Origin: Amoebophrya sp. A120
Lineage: Eukaryota; Protista; Dinoflagellata
Assembly: GCA_905178155.1 (NCBI GenBank)
Contig: CAJINV010000003.1
Coordinates: forward strand, 11,105,737-11,169,736
Length of the DNA stretch: 64,000 bases
Reading direction: 5' to 3'
Part shown: in pieces, positions 61,801 through 64,000 of the stretch
How the letters are laid out: each line of letters begins with the position of its first letter
Numbering within the stretch: position 1 is the first letter of the stretch
Translations under genes and position numbers: made by a program
The notes under the pieces: generated by a model
The model's input: only the letters and a program-made list of their open reading frames with translations
Told to the model about the DNA's origin: nothing
Databases searched by the model: none

Positions 61801-64000
61801 ATACCGAGCTTCAGTAGCGAATACGGGGAGGATGGTGCCTTTGCCGGGTACTACTACAGGAAATTCGACACGACAACGACTCCGAGTCCGGAAAGTAGTA
61901 GTATAACGACACCGGACCCGTACTCAACTACCCCGGATCCGCTCGCCAAGAGCGGGCCGCGAATGTTGGGGCTGCCCAGTCATTTGTTAAGCCTCGCAGA
62001 CGCTACGGTAGAAAGTTTCTCACGCTGCCTTTTTCCGTCGATTCGGCCCGATTGTTGCGAAGCAGCGAGACAAGTTGCGGTGTGTTACGCGACGGCGAGC
62101 CCAAGTCCGTGCATGGGAAACAGCGACCGGGAGTTCAACACTACAAGTCTCATGACGACTTGTGCCACCACCACGTCGACCTCGACAACGTCGACTTCCA
62201 CGACGACAAAAGCTTTCGACTGCCTGCTAGTGCACTGTCTCTATTCGAACGCGGTGGATTGGGTGTCAGTCTATCCGAGCTTCGGCACAGAGTACGAAGA
62301 GGACGCTGCATTTCCGGGGTACTACGAAAGAAAATTTTCAACCTCCACGACAAAGCCCGACTCGACGTCGACCCCGGATCCAAAGGCGGCGCCTGACTCA
62401 ACCTCCACCCCAGATCCAAAGGCGGCGCCAGACTCCGGGTCCTCTTCCTCCGCGCCGGATCCCTATAGCGGCACTTCGTCTCCAGACCCAGCTACTTCTA
62501 CGCCTGATCCCAAAGCCGCACCAGACGCGGGCTCGTCGACACCCGATCCGTATGCTCCTCCTCCTGACGGGGGAGGTGGACCGCGAAGCCTTTACGAAGA
62601 TCAAAGTTCGTCCTCTAGTCCTCCTCTCTCCACGGGGCCGCCGACAACCGCCACAACCTCCATCGGGCCGCCGGGCCACTTGCTGAGCTTTCAGGACGCG
62701 AAAGTGCAAAGCTTTTCGCGCTGCTTGTTCCCCTCGATTCGCCCGGAGTGCTGCGAGGCTGCGCGGCATGTTGCCGTCTGCTACGCCAGTGCCAGCCCGA
62801 GTCCGTGTATGGGAAACGTGGACCGGGAGTTCAATACCACAAGTCTCATGACGACGTGCGCCACAACCACGACCACGACTACCACGACCTTGTTCAACGC
62901 CTGCACGATCTCGTCGAAAAATCCGTGCGGCGCCTCGCTGCCACTTCAGCCGGCCCACCAGTGCTCGCCCGCACTGGGCACGGAGCGTTTGTACACCTGT
63001 GCATGCGCCCCCGGACACGAGGCTGTGGAAACAGCCTATAATGTCGACACACACGGAACGGGGTACGCGTTCGTTCCTGGTTCGACCTACACGACCTGCA
63101 TCGACGTCGACGAGTGCGCTGTTTCTGATGGCAGTTCACCTCCGTGCGGCCCGGCGGCGGACCAGAACGTCTGCACGAACTTAGTGGGTGCCTACCGGTG
63201 CGCGTGCGGGCCCGGCTACGAGCGGCTTCGGGACGGTGCGACACAGGGGGAGCTCTGCGTCCGCGTGAACGAGTGTGACCACAATCCCTGCGGCGCTGCT
63301 GGCTTCAGCGTCCGCTCGCAAACGCAGCTGACACACACGTGCGACCAAACTGCGCAGCCTGGCAACTGGCGCTGTACATGTGCGAGCGGATATCAGTCTT
63401 CCGGTGGGGATTTCCCGCACTGCGAGGAAATAGATGAGTGCGATGCTGTCCCTAACCCCTGTGGCCCCAGTCCGCCAAACAGGTGCTACGACCTGGTTGA
63501 TCATTACATGTGCCAGTGCGAGGGCGGGTTTGAACTCCAGTGGCAGCAAGCGAACAACGCAGCTGTGCGGGTTTTGGAAAGAAGTCCGAAGATGAGTATG
63601 AATACAGCACCCTTTCACTTTGATGAACAAAAAAAGGACACACATGATCTTCAGAGTAAGAAACACAAGAAACGACCAGACCTACAAACTGGAACGCGAC
63701 CACCTAAGTCGAGAGACGCAAGACGATTAGCAAGGCGTTTGCAGGCGTTCGAGAGGCGGCAACATGCACGAAGAAAAACCTCATCCCCAGGCGCGCATTT
63801 TGCAAGACGTTCTCCGTCGCACTTGACCACGAGTACTAGAGGCAGAAGCGATTCGCCTCGGAGCCGGTTCGGACTTCCGCTGCTCGAGGACGCTTTTCAG
63901 CGGTCTTCCAACCGTCCGCGTGCTCTGACTCCCTCCGCCACCGACTCGTGTGACGACCCCAACTACTACGATCCGCTTTTTCCCGGGCCGCCGTACGTTG
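46879..64000 (+). CDS. Giant Cys-rich modular secreted/surface protein, >5000 aa, 3'-partial (approx. exons 46879-48613, 48955-50488, 50676-52435, 52661-55354, 55573-56287, 56402-56445, 56703-61632, 61809->64000)
   Basis: Seven insertion removals fuse five large ORFs and an open frame to the window edge. Hydrophobic N-terminus; ShK-like CSTNQHMQVACPRTC; PAN/apple-like EDCAELC, EDCAFAC, TCEQRC; WSC-like SLGCF...CALACANFRYFALRGSSTCVCGD; calcium-binding EGF CIDVDEC...CTNLVGAYRCACGPGY and CEEIDEC; Thr/Ser/Pro linkers. Confidence 0.85.
48614..48949. mobile_element. TA-ended introner, probably now spliced as GT-AG (48613-48950)
   Basis: IR TATCCAGAGTGAAAAC / GTTTTCACTCAGGATA; flanks GCCAG/GGGAG create G-TAT and ATA-G; both excision modes are in frame. 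Confidence 0.85.
50280..51570 (+). repeat. Alternating Cys-rich coding repeats
   Basis: HCFAI..DQSFCEDPQAAHYHDEAMCNSQ..CEFR alternating with SCYG..Q.YC.SFSHS..CNN..CEYRY; 3-4 copies of each. Confidence 0.9.
50490..50671. mobile_element. Introner, AAAAGTATCG family (diverged DR)
   Basis: TATCCTGTGTAAAAGTATCG / CGATACTTTTACAATGAATG; flanks ACTAG/ACCAC; excision restores the repeat motif HYHDEAMC. Confidence 0.85.
52436..52655. mobile_element. TA-ended introner, AAAAGTATYGTA family
   Basis: Flanks GGAGC/GAGGC; TGCAAAAGTATTGTATTAGTCAG / CTGACTACTACGATACTTGTTTTGCA; restores GWELAYGDF. Confidence 0.85.
55355..55567. mobile_element. Old introner, now compatible with GT-AG splicing
   Basis: TATGCA...TTTACCGCAC / GTGTGGTAAA...TGCATA; GT at 55354 and AG at 55571 or 55574 are in frame. 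Confidence 0.65.
56288..56396. mobile_element. Minimal 109-bp TA-ended introner
   Basis: Perfect DR GCCTA; perfect 30-bp IR TATCCAGGAAAAAACACCCATCCCCATCCA; restores FSAYHAIERGC. Confidence 0.95.
56446..56697 (-). mobile_element. TA-ended introner, 252 bp, inverted copy of 42915-43166
   Basis: Perfect DR CCTTC; restores YQDLRETSNVT in frame with the ORF at 56750. Confidence 0.95.
60040..62890 (+). repeat. Five tandem copies of a Cys-rich module separated by poly-Thr
   Basis: CLLVHCLYS..DW.QVYP.F...Y.GYY.R [variable linker] DA.VESFSRCLFPSIRPECCEAARQVAVCYA..SPSPC..N.D.EFNTTS...TCATTT. Confidence 0.92.
61633..61803. mobile_element. TA-ended introner
   Basis: Perfect DR CCGAG; IR TATGCATTGCA / TGCAATGCATA; restores YPSFSSEY, matching the intron-less sister repeat YPSFGTEY. 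Confidence 0.93.

Overview
Eukaryotic genomic DNA with about 11 protein-coding genes, all on the + strand. The co-oriented genes and inverted-repeat introns suggest an alveolate, most likely the parasitic dinoflagellate relative Amoebophrya (inference from architecture, not a database match). Reconstructed genes include a NAT9-like GNAT acetyltransferase, a LisH/CTLH/CRA (GID8-like) protein, an SRPK kinase, a SET-domain protein, a BAR+UBA adaptor, two membrane proteins, hypothetical proteins, and a >5000-aa Cys-rich modular surface protein that runs off the right edge. The main signal is 24 short (109-385 bp) insertions inside exons with one shared grammar: 5-bp direct repeat | TAT...inverted repeat...ATA | 5-bp direct repeat. 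Removing each element plus one repeat copy restores the reading frame, mostly without any GT-AG boundary, so they look like transposon-derived non-canonical introns (introners). One 252-bp element occurs in both orientations in + strand genes. Families with unrelated arms share an internal TTTGTCATGC motif, and some old copies appear to have become GT-AG introns. Also present are a ~4 kb satellite-filled element with asymmetric inverted repeats (Helentron/HINE-like) and a TTA-flanked foldback element carrying a nested TA-ended element. All splice junctions were inferred by eye and need RNA confirmation.
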